The notes beneath the pieces are model-generated. The model did not search any database, was not told the DNA's origin, and worked only from the letters and a program-made list of their open reading frames with translations. A stretch of DNA of 64,000 bases, from positions 26,975 through 90,974 of the forward strand of contig CBDDIX010000005.1 in assembly GCA_965229255.1 (NCBI GenBank). Reading direction: 5' to 3'. This DNA comes from Sediminibacterium sp. (GTDB taxonomy: Bacteria; Bacteroidota; Bacteroidia; Chitinophagales; Chitinophagaceae). A program made the position numbers and the translations under genes. Positions within the stretch are counted from its first letter, which is position 1. Each line of letters starts with the position of its first letter. This document shows, in pieces, positions 18,980 to 28,057 of this stretch.

Positions 18980-20665
18980 TTACCAGAAGCGAACATATAA
19001 TGCTGTAAGCAGGAGTATTGTCATCACAATTAATACGAGTACAGATTTATTAATGGCAAACATGCCTTTCTCGAAAATAAATGCCTTTGGATTTACTTTC
19101 GGACCACCCAGGCTGATGCCGATCATGATCACCATTGTGAAAAAGAAGGACCAGCCCATATTAATCAGGAATGGTATTTCATATCCGCCTTTTCCGTTAG
19201 GGTAAGCAGTATATAAAATGGTTTCATTGCCCAGTAGTGCCGGGGCATAATTGTTAAAGAATACAGACAATACAAACCCTGCGATAACCCCTGCAATGGC
19301 CGCAGAGCCGGTTGTTCTTTTCCAGAACATACCCAGTATGAACATGGCAAATACGCCCGGGCTGATAAAGCCTGTATATTTTTGGATGAAAGTAAAGCCA
19401 CCTTCGCCACCAATACCTAGTGTATCATTCCACGTAAATGCAACGCCCAGTATCATGGCTATTAAAATAGTTAGGCGACCTGTCCATACCATCTTCTTTT
19501 CATCTGCATTCTGTTTAATATATTTTTTATAGATGTCAAGTGTAAAGATGGTAGAGATACTATTGGCTTTGCCCGCAAGCGATGCTACAATAGCGGCTGT
19601 TAATGCGGCTACCGATAAGCCTTTTAAGCCGGCTGGAAGAAAACCAAGTATAGCAGAGTATGCACCATCCTTGCTTCCCCCCGCCAGTTGCGGAAGATGC
19701 CCGTTCTTATATAACACATAAGCTGCTATACCAGGAAGCATCACAATCACCGGCATCATTAATTTGAGCAGCCCGGCAAAGAGAATACCTGTACGTGCTG
19801 TTTTAAGGTTGGCACCAAGCGCCCGTTGGGTGATATATTGGTTGCATCCCCAGTAGTTGAGGTTTACGATCCATTGACCGGCAAAGTACATGGCGATGCC
19901 TGGCAAAACAAGGTATTTGTTGATGTCTTCCTGTGATGAGCCCGGGCCTGGTTTCTTCAAAATCATATGAAAGTGATCGGGTGCTTCTTTGAGCAGTGTA
20001 TTAAATCCTGCAATAACACTGCTACCCATTCCAAACTTTTCACTAACAATTAAAAGTGCCATGTAGGTAGTTGCCAATCCGCCTATAATCAGAACGGCTA
20101 CCTGTATTACATCTGTATACCCAATCACTTTCATGCCACCTAGCGTAATGAAAAGGGCAAATACAGCCAATACAACCATTACCAGGTGCAGGTGTTGGCC
20201 TCCTGCCAAACCATTAATGGCTACCGCTCCCAGGTAAAGTATGGAAGTGAGATTCACAAATACATACAAGAAAAGCCAGAATACAGCCATGATCAACGCC
20301 ACTGTTTCATTATAGCGGGTTTTCAGAAACTGCGGCATGGTGAATATCCTGTTCTTAAGATAGATAGGCATAAACCATATGGCAATGATAATGAGTGCCA
20401 GCGCGGCAATCCATTCGTAAGCAGCTACTGCAGTACCTACAAAAAAACCTTCACCACTCATGCCGATAAATTGTTCGGCTGAAATGTTAGAAGCGATCAG
20501 CGATGCGCCAATGGCCCACCAGGTGAGTGAACCTTCGGCTAAAAAGAAATCTTTGGTGTCGGCTGTAGACTTTTTCTTACGTTGATATATCCATATACCG
20601 TATCCTGCTATCAGGATAAAGTAAACGAGAAATACAACAATGTCAATGGTGGCAAGTCCTTTCAT
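18980..20665 (-). CDS. Sodium:solute (sugar) symporter, likely L-arabinose/galactose
   Basis: SSS motifs IGASLIASNISAEQFIGMSG, YWGCNQYITQRAL and LAGKANSISTIFTLDI. Last gene of the ara operon. Confidence 0.9.
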   Translation of the reverse strand: MKGLATIDIVVFLVYFILIAGYGIWIYQRKKKSTADTKDFFLAEGSLTWWAIGASLIASNISAEQFIGMSGEGFFVGTAVAAYEWIAALALIIIAIWFMPIYLKNRIFTMPQFLKTRYNETVALIMAVFWLFLYVFVNLTSILYLGAVAINGLAGGQHLHLVMVVLAVFALFITLGGMKVIGYTDVIQVAVLIIGGLATTYMALLIVSEKFGMGSSVIAGFNTLLKEAPDHFHMILKKPGPGSSQEDINKYLVLPGIAMYFAGQWIVNLNYWGCNQYITQRALGANLKTARTGILFAGLLKLMMPVIVMLPGIAAYVLYKNGHLPQLAGGSKDGAYSAILGFLPAGLKGLSVAALTAAIVASLAGKANSISTIFTLDIYKKYIKQNADEKKMVWTGRLTILIAMILGVAFTWNDTLGIGGEGGFTFIQKYTGFISPGVFAMFILGMFWKRTTGSAAIAGVIAGFVLSVFFNNYAPALLGNETILYTAYPNGKGGYEIPFLINMGWSFFFTMVIMIGISLGGPKVNPKAFIFEKGMFAINKSVLVLIVMTILLLTALYVRFW

Positions 20666-20706
20666 TATGGCATTTTTTTTATGTTAGCAATCGTAGTTAT
20701 ATACAC

Positions 20707-22197
20707 TTATTTATAAGCAACCTCATTCCAGCGGAGTTCATTTTTGAATTGATAAATTTTTGTGTCATTGTTGATGAGTACAAACTCAATACCTGCCATT
20801 TCTGCAAAGTCTTCCATTTGCTCTGCACTTATATTTTGTGAATAACAGGTATGGTGAGCACCACCTGCGAGTATCCATGCGGCGCATCCTACTTTCATAT
20901 CAGGATAAGGCTTCCATAAAACCCTTGCTACCGGAAGATTTGGTAAGCTGTTGATAGGGGCCACTGCCAGCACATCATTTACCAATAATCTGAAACGGTT
21001 ACCCATATCAACAATAGAAGCATTAATTGCAGGACCAGGTCCGGAGTTGAATACCAGTCTTACCGGATCTGCTTTTCCGCCAATCCCCAGTGGATGAATT
21101 TCGCAACTTGGTTTTGCATCTGAAATAGATTCGCATATTTCCAGCATATGTGCGCCAAGTACCATTGCATTATCAGGATTAAAGTGATAGGTATAATCTT
21201 CCATAAAAGAGTTGCCGCCTTTTAATCCACTCCCCATCACTTTCATGGCACGAACCAGTGCGGCAGTTTTCCAGTCGCCCTCACCCGCAAATCCATATCC
21301 TTTGTTCATGAGTCTTTGCGCGGCAATTCCCGGCAATTGTTTCATGCCATGGAGATCTTCAAATGTTGTGGTGAATCCTTTGAATCCTCCCTCTTCAAGA
21401 AACTGTTCAATACCCAGTTCAATGGCGGCAGCTTCACGTAAGGATTGATGGTGGTTACCATTTTTTTGCAAAGCAGGTACTACAGCATATTGCAAATGAT
21501 ACTCGTCTACGAGTTGATTGATGTCGCTTTCTTTCACATCATTAATTACCTGTACCAGGTCGCCTATACCATAGGTATTAACCGAATAGCCGAATTTTAT
21601 TTCTGCTTCCACTTTGTCTCCTTCTGTAACAGCCACATTGCGCATGTTATCTCCAAATCTTGCGAAGCGTGCGCCCTGCCAATCATTCCATCCGGCAGCC
21701 GCTCTTATCCAGCCACTTACTTTGGCAATCGATTCCTGGTCCTGCCAATGACCTACCACTACTTTCCGGTTTAACCGCATCCGGCTCATAATAAAACCAT
21801 ATTCCCTGTCGCCATGCGCTGATTGGTTCAGGTTCATGAAATCCATGTCGATGGTATTCCAGGGAATATCCCTGTTAAATTGTGTATGTAAATGAAGCAG
21901 CGGTTTGCGTAATATTTTTAAACCCGGGATCCACATTTTTGCTGGAGAAAACGTGTGCATCCAGGTAATAACACCAATACAGGAAGTATGGTTATTTGCC
22001 TGCTGGAAGATGCTGTAAATTTCTTCTGCTGTTTTTACTGTGGGCTTATATATAATCTGTACGGGTATTGCGGGGTTTTCATTAAGTGCATGGGCAATGG
22101 TTGTTGAATTTTGGGTAACCTGCAATAATGTTTCTTCTCCATATAAATGTTGGCTACCGGTAATAAACCAGACTTCCCGTGTTTTCAGATCGATCAT
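20707..22197 (-). CDS. araA: L-arabinose isomerase
   Basis: [56 protein letters not shown] and GGAHH. Confidence 0.96.
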   Translation of the reverse strand: MIDLKTREVWFITGSQHLYGEETLLQVTQNSTTIAHALNENPAIPVQIIYKPTVKTAEEIYSIFQQANNHTSCIGVITWMHTFSPAKMWIPGLKILRKPLLHLHTQFNRDIPWNTIDMDFMNLNQSAHGDREYGFIMSRMRLNRKVVVGHWQDQESIAKVSGWIRAAAGWNDWQGARFARFGDNMRNVAVTEGDKVEAEIKFGYSVNTYGIGDLVQVINDVKESDINQLVDEYHLQYAVVPALQKNGNHHQSLREAAAIELGIEQFLEEGGFKGFTTTFEDLHGMKQLPGIAAQRLMNKGYGFAGEGDWKTAALVRAMKVMGSGLKGGNSFMEDYTYHFNPDNAMVLGAHMLEICESISDAKPSCEIHPLGIGGKADPVRLVFNSGPGPAINASIVDMGNRFRLLVNDVLAVAPINSLPNLPVARVLWKPYPDMKVGCAAWILAGGAHHTCYSQNISAEQMEDFAEMAGIEFVLINNDTKIYQFKNELRWNEVAYK

Positions 22198-22210
22198 GTT
22201 TGTTTTTTAT

Positions 22211-22909
22211 TTATTGTCCATAATATGAATGAGGTCCGTGCTTTCTTTCAAAATGTTTTTGAATGAGTGCATCTTTTAATACCGGCGCTGAAGAATTTAT
22301 CTGTAAAGTCAGCATCGCCATTCTTGCCAGTTCTTCCAGCACTGCTGCATTGTATACAGCTTTGGCAGCAGTTTTGCCCCAGGTAAATGGGGCATGGTTG
22401 CCTACGAGTATCATTTCCAGTTCTTCGTATGATAATCTCCGTTCCCTGAAACAATTGATGATCTGGAACCCGGTTTCAAATTCGTAATCACCTTTGATCA
22501 TTTCATCACTCATTGGCGGAGCGCAGGGGATAGGAGATACGGTATGATCTGCATGTGTGGTTCCGAATACAGGGATGTCCTTCTGTGACTGGGCCCATGC
22601 CGTTGCGTAAGTTGAATGTGTATGAACGATACTGCCGGTATTTGTCCACTGCTTGTATAATACAGCATGTGTTTTTGTATCAGATGAAGGGCGGAGCGAA
22701 CCTTCTACCACTATTCCTTCAAAATCTACGATCACCATTTTTTCAGGTGAAAGTTCCGCGTAAGGAACCCCGCTTGGTTTAATGGCAAACACGCCAATGC
22801 TATGATCTGCAACACTTACATTGCCAAATGTAAAAAGTACCAGCCCTAGTTCGGGCAGCTGCATGTTAGCATTGTAAGCTTCTGTTTTGATTGCTTTATA
22901 TTTATTCAT
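22211..22909 (-). CDS. araD: L-ribulose-5-phosphate 4-epimerase
   Basis: FTFGNVS, IKPSGV, PSSDTKTH, HTHSTYATAW and NHAPFTWG. Confidence 0.95.
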   Translation of the reverse strand: MNKYKAIKTEAYNANMQLPELGLVLFTFGNVSVADHSIGVFAIKPSGVPYAELSPEKMVIVDFEGIVVEGSLRPSSDTKTHAVLYKQWTNTGSIVHTHSTYATAWAQSQKDIPVFGTTHADHTVSPIPCAPPMSDEMIKGDYEFETGFQIINCFRERRLSYEELEMILVGNHAPFTWGKTAAKAVYNAAVLEELARMAMLTLQINSSAPVLKDALIQKHFERKHGPHSYYGQ

Positions 22910-22947
22910 AAACCGGTTCAGGCGATCAGGATGTGATCGTTTTTTAG

Positions 22948-24627
22948 TTATTGCTTGTTGGAATTATTTTCCGTGAATTGACCTGCTTTCTTGTATTGTT
23001 CGAACCTGATGTTATAGATAGCAACCTGTGCCGGCTCGGGTATATATTCTGCATCAAACCCTTGCCCCATTGCCTGCATCGCATCTTCCACCCTTGGATA
23101 AATACCAGCTGATGTGGCGGCAAACATGGCGGCACCCAATGCACAGGTTTGTTCACTTTTGTGAATCCTGATAGGCATATTCATAACGTTGCTCATTACC
23201 TGCATAATGTAAGGAGAACGTTTGGCTACGCCCCCCAGTCCGATCAGCCCTTTCACAGGAACTCCCTGCTCCACAAATCTTTCTGTTATCATACGTGCAC
23301 CAAAACAGGTGGCTTCTACCAGCGATTTAAAAATTCTTGCCGCATCGGTTGCGAGGTTCAATCCATGTATACTGCCTTTGAGAAATTGATTGGCATCCGG
23401 TGTTCTCCTACCATTAAACCAATCGATCGCCAGCTCATCTTTTTCATCAGGAGGCAATAGCGCCGCTTTTGCGCTTAGCTCAGGTAAAATATTGTCAGAC
23501 AGTTCTGTCATAAGTTGATGAAGCTGTTCAGGTGTTAACGTAGTGTTTTTTGAAAGGATAGAAAATACAGGACCCAACAACATATTTTTAAACCATGCAT
23601 AGGTATCGCCAAATGCAGACTGGCCTGCTTCGAGACCAATCATCCCGGGAATCACAGAACCATTTACCTGTCCGCAAATCCCTTTTACAAGTGTGTCATT
23701 GATTTCATTTACGGGCGCAACCAATATATCACAGGTAGATGTACCCATCACTTTGCTTAAATGATAAGGTTCGATCTGTCCGCCAACCGCACCCATATGG
23801 GCATCGAATGCACCCACTGCTATAGTTACATCTTCCGGCAAACCGAGCCTGGTGGCCCATGATTTAGAGATCGTGCCGGCTGATTGATCAGCGGTATAGG
23901 TTTCTTTCCCAAGCGTATCCACAAAACCATCGAGCAACGGGTCAAGCGATTTGAAGAAATCATTTGGCGGATAACTATCAAATGTTTCGGCCCATAAACC
24001 TTTATGTCCTGCGGCACATACACTTCTTTTTAATTGCGAAATATGTGATCCGCCTGTTAACAGAAAAGGTATCCAGTCGCAATGTTCCACCCATGAATGG
24101 CAGGCATCGCGAACGGATTTATCTATCCTTAGAATGTGTAATAGTTTTGCCCAGAACCATTCTGAAGAATAAATACCCCCTACGTATTGCAGATAGTTTG
24201 TATCAAATTTTGTAGCGTGGTCATTAATTTGGGCCGCTTCTGTTGTAGAGGTATGGTCTTTCCACAAAACAAACATGGCATTCGGGTTTTCTGCAAATGC
24301 AGGATCCAATGCAAGCGGTAACCCGGCTTCATTCACGGCTACCGGCGATGATCCGGTGGTATCAATACCAATAGCCTGTATGTTTTCTGCTACGCTGAGT
24401 CCTGCTTTGGACAGGCAATCCACAATGGTCTGTTCAAGCCCTTCTATATAATCAGCCGGGTGCTGCCGGAACTGGTTATTATCCGGATCGCAGTAAAGAC
24501 CTTTTTTCCAGCGGGGATAGTGGAAAACAGATGAGGCAATTTCTTCACCTGTGAGACTGTTAACGATGATAGAGCGCACAGAGTCGGTACCATAATCAAC
24601 CCCGATAACGAATGATTTTTTTTGCAT
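22948..24627 (-). CDS. araB: Ribulokinase
   Basis: GVDYGTDSVR, LWKDHT, YSSEWFWAK, GAFDAH, EAGQSAFGD and WFNGRRTPD. ATG 24627 is preferred over TTG 24636. Confidence 0.93.
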   Translation of the reverse strand: MQKKSFVIGVDYGTDSVRSIIVNSLTGEEIASSVFHYPRWKKGLYCDPDNNQFRQHPADYIEGLEQTIVDCLSKAGLSVAENIQAIGIDTTGSSPVAVNEAGLPLALDPAFAENPNAMFVLWKDHTSTTEAAQINDHATKFDTNYLQYVGGIYSSEWFWAKLLHILRIDKSVRDACHSWVEHCDWIPFLLTGGSHISQLKRSVCAAGHKGLWAETFDSYPPNDFFKSLDPLLDGFVDTLGKETYTADQSAGTISKSWATRLGLPEDVTIAVGAFDAHMGAVGGQIEPYHLSKVMGTSTCDILVAPVNEINDTLVKGICGQVNGSVIPGMIGLEAGQSAFGDTYAWFKNMLLGPVFSILSKNTTLTPEQLHQLMTELSDNILPELSAKAALLPPDEKDELAIDWFNGRRTPDANQFLKGSIHGLNLATDAARIFKSLVEATCFGARMITERFVEQGVPVKGLIGLGGVAKRSPYIMQVMSNVMNMPIRIHKSEQTCALGAAMFAATSAGIYPRVEDAMQAMGQGFDAEYIPEPAQVAIYNIRFEQYKKAGQFTENNSNKQ

Positions 24628-24649
24628 GGGAAGCAATGTGTTTTAGCAA

Positions 24650-24670
24650 TTCGTGTCAAAATAACACTTT
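24650..24670. promoter_or_regulatory. Candidate AraR/NrtR operator 1 (GTGT-N7-ACAC)
   Basis: TTC-GTGT-CAAAATA-ACAC-TTT lies just upstream of araB. It fits the GT-N7-AC core known for NrtR-family regulators. Confidence 0.65.
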
Positions 24671-24709
24671 ATAAATGAAAATAAAAAAAAACAGGAAAAT
24701 GTTTTCCTG

Positions 24710-25414
24710 CTATTTGATATTTCCCGGGTTGGGGATGAAGTTGAGAAAGGCGTGAAAATTCTTTTCATACCTTTTTTTGTCAAGTTTATAGTAATAGGCC
24801 CCTTTCTTGGAACTATTCTTGTCTTTGTCTTTTTGCTTAACCAATAGCTTGGTAGACTGGAGCTTCCTGCTGAAGTTGCGTTTGTCGAACTGTGTATCAA
24901 AAATGCTTTCATACAGGCTCTGCAATTGAGGCAGCGTGAATTTTTCGGGTAATAATTCAAAAAGTACAGGATGAAATGCTGCTTTGTAACGTAGCTTTTG
25001 TTTCGCCATTTCCACCATTTCCTGGTGATCAAAGATAAGTTTGGGCACTTCTTTAATGGGAAACCATCCGGCGTGAAATTCGGTATTAATCTGTTTTTCG
25101 TATTGATGGATATCGATCAAAGCAAAATAAGCAACCGATACGGTGCGCTCTATCGGATCCCTGTTCACATTACCGAAAGCATTTAATTGCTCCATGTATA
25201 CATTTTCCAGCCCCGTCAATTCTTTTAATATCCGCGCGGACCCTTTTTCAAAATCTTCTGTTTTCTGCACAAAACCACCCATCAAACTCCATTTCCCTTT
25301 TTCATATTCCAACCCCCGCTGAACCAGTAACAGTTTCAGCTCCATACCATCAAAGCCAAATATGATACAGTCGATGGCCACCAGTATACGTGTCTGTTTG
25401 TGATACCTTATCAT
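24710..25414 (-). CDS. araR: NrtR-family (Nudix + winged HTH) transcriptional regulator, AraR orthologue
   Basis: AIDCIIFGF, WSLMGGFV, RDPIER, FDHQEM, then wHTH FELLPEKFTLPQLQSLYE...DKRNFSRK. Adjacent to araBDA, as AraR is in Bacteroides. Confidence 0.85.
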   Translation of the reverse strand: MIRYHKQTRILVAIDCIIFGFDGMELKLLLVQRGLEYEKGKWSLMGGFVQKTEDFEKGSARILKELTGLENVYMEQLNAFGNVNRDPIERTVSVAYFALIDIHQYEKQINTEFHAGWFPIKEVPKLIFDHQEMVEMAKQKLRYKAAFHPVLFELLPEKFTLPQLQSLYESIFDTQFDKRNFSRKLQSTKLLVKQKDKDKNSSKKGAYYYKLDKKRYEKNFHAFLNFIPNPGNIK

Positions 25415-25490
25415 ACCCTGAAAATACGGGAATAGTTGATAAATGTATAGATGTGATGATGATTAAGTAATAAAGTTTCTTAGAAATAAA

Positions 25491-25511
25491 TAAGTGTTTT
25501 TTGGACAATTA
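25491..25511. promoter_or_regulatory. Candidate AraR/NrtR operator 2
   Basis: TAA-GTGT-TTTTTGG-ACAA-TTA in the araR/GH127 divergent region; one mismatch to operator 1's GTGT-N7-ACAC core. Confidence 0.5.
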
Positions 25512-25574
25512 ATAATTCTTCTCTATTTTAGATTTCTCATGTTGTTTGTAGTTAATTCGATTCTTACAGGCAAT

Positions 25575-25610
25575 AACACCGGAACCATTTCTGTGGTTTC
25601 GGTGTTTTTT
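25575..25610 (+). terminator. Intrinsic-terminator-like hairpin in the GH127 leader
   Basis: AACACCGGAACCA-TTTCTG-TGGTTTCGGTGTT (13 bp, one G.U) plus TTTT, ending 32 bp before the GH127 ATG. There is no upstream co-oriented gene. Confidence 0.6.
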
Positions 25611-25642
25611 AACCCGGTTTTACATACCATAAATGCTTCCCT

Positions 25643-28036
25643 ATGAGAAAAGTTTCTTCACTGATCCTGCTGATTTCCTGTAGTACTTTACTGGCACAGA
25701 ACAAGGATTATCCTATTCAGCCTGTAACATTTAATCATGTGCATGTACATGATGAATTTTGGGCACCACGGATTGCCATTAACCAGGAGATCACCATACC
25801 GTATGTGTTGCAGAAATGCAGGGAAACAGGGCGTATTGATAATTTTGTGAAAGCAGCAGGAAAGAAGGACCCTACAAATATTACAGAGTATCCATTTGAT
25901 GATACGGATGTGTTTAAGGTGATAGAAGGGGTATCCTATGCTTTACAGGTAAAGCCGGATGCCAAGCTTGAGCAGGCGGTAGACTCCCTCATTACCATTA
26001 TTGGTGAGGCACAGGAGCCGGATGGTTATTTATATACATTCCGTACCATGAAGCCCGCCAAAATGCATCCCTGGATTGGCGCAAAGCGATGGGAAAAAGA
26101 TCCTGATCTTAGTCATGAGTTGTACAACTGCGGACACCTGTATGAAGCGGCAGTGGCCCATTTCCTGTCAACAGGAAAAAAAACATTACTCAACATTGCC
26201 ATTAAGAATGCCGATCTGCTGGTAAAAGATTTTGGTCCCGGTAAGGCTGCTTATTTCCCGGGGCACCAGGTAGTAGAAATGGGACTTGCGCGTTTATATC
26301 GTGTAACCGGCAAAAAGGAATACCTGGCGCTGGCGAAATTTTTTCTGGACATACGTGGTAATGGTAATATCAAAGGATCTGAGTATAACCAATCTCAAAA
26401 ACCTGTAACCGATCAGCATGAGGCCGTTGGACATGCTGTACGCGCTGCTTATATGTATACAGGTATGGCTGATGTAGCCGCACTCACGGGTGATGCTTCT
26501 TATATCAAAGCGATTGATGATATATGGTCCGATGTGGTAAACAAAAAAATGTACTTAACAGGTGGTATCGGCGCAACCGGAGCCGGTGAAGCTTTTGGTG
26601 CCGCCTACCATTTACCTAATATGTCGGCGTATGCTGAAACCTGCGCATCCATTGCAAACGTTTACTGGAATAACCGTATGTTTCTTTTGCATGGCGATGC
26701 CAGTTATATTGATGTGATGGAAAGGGTATTATACAACGGGTTGCTTTCAGGCATTTCTCAAAGTGGTACACGTTTCTTTTATCCCAATCCGCTTGCCTCC
26801 ATGGGGCAACATCAACGCAGTGCATGGTTTGGTTGTGCGTGCTGTATATCAAATCTAACACGGTTTATGCCTTCGGTTCCAGGGTATGTGTATGCACAGG
26901 ATAACAACAATGTGTATGTGAACCTTTTTATGACCAACCAGGCAGATATTACATTGCCCGCTGGTAAAGTAACCATCAGTCAGCAAACAGCTTACCCGTG
27001 GAAAGGGCAGGTAAAGATCCAGGTAGACGTACAGAAAAAAACCGCTTTTGCATTGAGGGTGCGGATCCCGGGCTGGGCAAGACAACAGCCAGTACCAGGC
27101 GATCTTTATCGCTTCGCTGATTATAAAATGGTATCCATACCTATCCGCATCAACGGGAAAGCTATGACCTATACAGTTGAAAAAGGTTATGCTGTTTTTA
27201 ACCGTACATGGAACAAAGGGGATGTGGTAGAAATGGATCTGCCAATGGAAATAGAAAAAGTACTGGCCAATGAAAAAGTAAAGGACGACCAGGGTCGTTT
27301 TGCTTTTCAGAAAGGTCCGCTGGTATATTGTTTGGAGGGTCCCGATAACAAAGATGGTGCTGTTCAGAATATCGTAATGGGGCAACAGGCAGTTGTAAAA
27401 GAGAATTATGAACCGCAATTGCTGAATGGTGTATTGGTGTTAACAGCTCCGGCTTCTGCCACCAGCAGACAGGTAAACAATACTGAATTACTGAAAACAG
27501 AATTGCAGGCAAAAGCCATTCCTTACTATGCATGGAGCAATCGCGGACCATCAGAAATGGTGGTATGGATACCCTACCAGGAATCTGCTGCACGCCCCAA
27601 ACCGGCTGCAACACTTGCCTCTAAAAGTAAGGCAAGCGCCTCCATTAATAATCCACGGATGCTAACAGCATTAAATGATCAGTTTGAACCGGCTAATTCA
27701 GAAGACAAATCCGGTCTGTACCTGCATTGGTGGCCAAAGAAGGATACCGATGAATGGATTCAGTATGATTTTGATACCGAACAAACCGTTTCAGAATCCA
27801 GTGTTTATTGGTATGATGATGGCCCTTTCGGTGGATGCAGGATACCTGCATCGTGGAGGGTTCTTTATAAAGATGGAGATAGCTGGGTGCCGGTAAAAAA
27901 TACAACACCTTATGAACTTGCCAAAGACAAATACGATAACGTAAAATTTGAACCTGTTAAAACCAAAGCATTGCGGATGGAGATCAGGTTGCCGAAAGAT
28001 CATGCTACAGGGGTTCATGAATGGGTGGTTAAATAA
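25643..28036 (+). CDS. GH127 beta-L-arabinofuranosidase with C-terminal discoidin-like domain
   Basis: Signal peptide; HELYNCGH, GHQVVE, GHAVRA, Zn/Cys motifs YAETCAS and CACCISN; C-terminal beta-sandwich (WIQYDF, VYWYDD). Confidence 0.88.
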   Translation: MRKVSSLILLISCSTLLAQNKDYPIQPVTFNHVHVHDEFWAPRIAINQEITIPYVLQKCRETGRIDNFVKAAGKKDPTNITEYPFDDTDVFKVIEGVSYALQVKPDAKLEQAVDSLITIIGEAQEPDGYLYTFRTMKPAKMHPWIGAKRWEKDPDLSHELYNCGHLYEAAVAHFLSTGKKTLLNIAIKNADLLVKDFGPGKAAYFPGHQVVEMGLARLYRVTGKKEYLALAKFFLDIRGNGNIKGSEYNQSQKPVTDQHEAVGHAVRAAYMYTGMADVAALTGDASYIKAIDDIWSDVVNKKMYLTGGIGATGAGEAFGAAYHLPNMSAYAETCASIANVYWNNRMFLLHGDASYIDVMERVLYNGLLSGISQSGTRFFYPNPLASMGQHQRSAWFGCACCISNLTRFMPSVPGYVYAQDNNNVYVNLFMTNQADITLPAGKVTISQQTAYPWKGQVKIQVDVQKKTAFALRVRIPGWARQQPVPGDLYRFADYKMVSIPIRINGKAMTYTVEKGYAVFNRTWNKGDVVEMDLPMEIEKVLANEKVKDDQGRFAFQKGPLVYCLEGPDNKDGAVQNIVMGQQAVVKENYEPQLLNGVLVLTAPASATSRQVNNTELLKTELQAKAIPYYAWSNRGPSEMVVWIPYQESAARPKPAATLASKSKASASINNPRMLTALNDQFEPANSEDKSGLYLHWWPKKDTDEWIQYDFDTEQTVSESSVYWYDDGPFGGCRIPASWRVLYKDGDSWVPVKNTTPYELAKDKYDNVKFEPVKTKALRMEIRLPKDHATGVHEWVVK

Positions 28037-28057
28037 TTACTAATCAAACGTTTTATT

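Noticed and set aside
20680-20706. Third AraR operator between araA and the symporter (GTGT-ATATAAC-TACG on the minus strand)
   Set aside because: The right half-site does not match ACAC at N7 spacing, so it is too weak to call.
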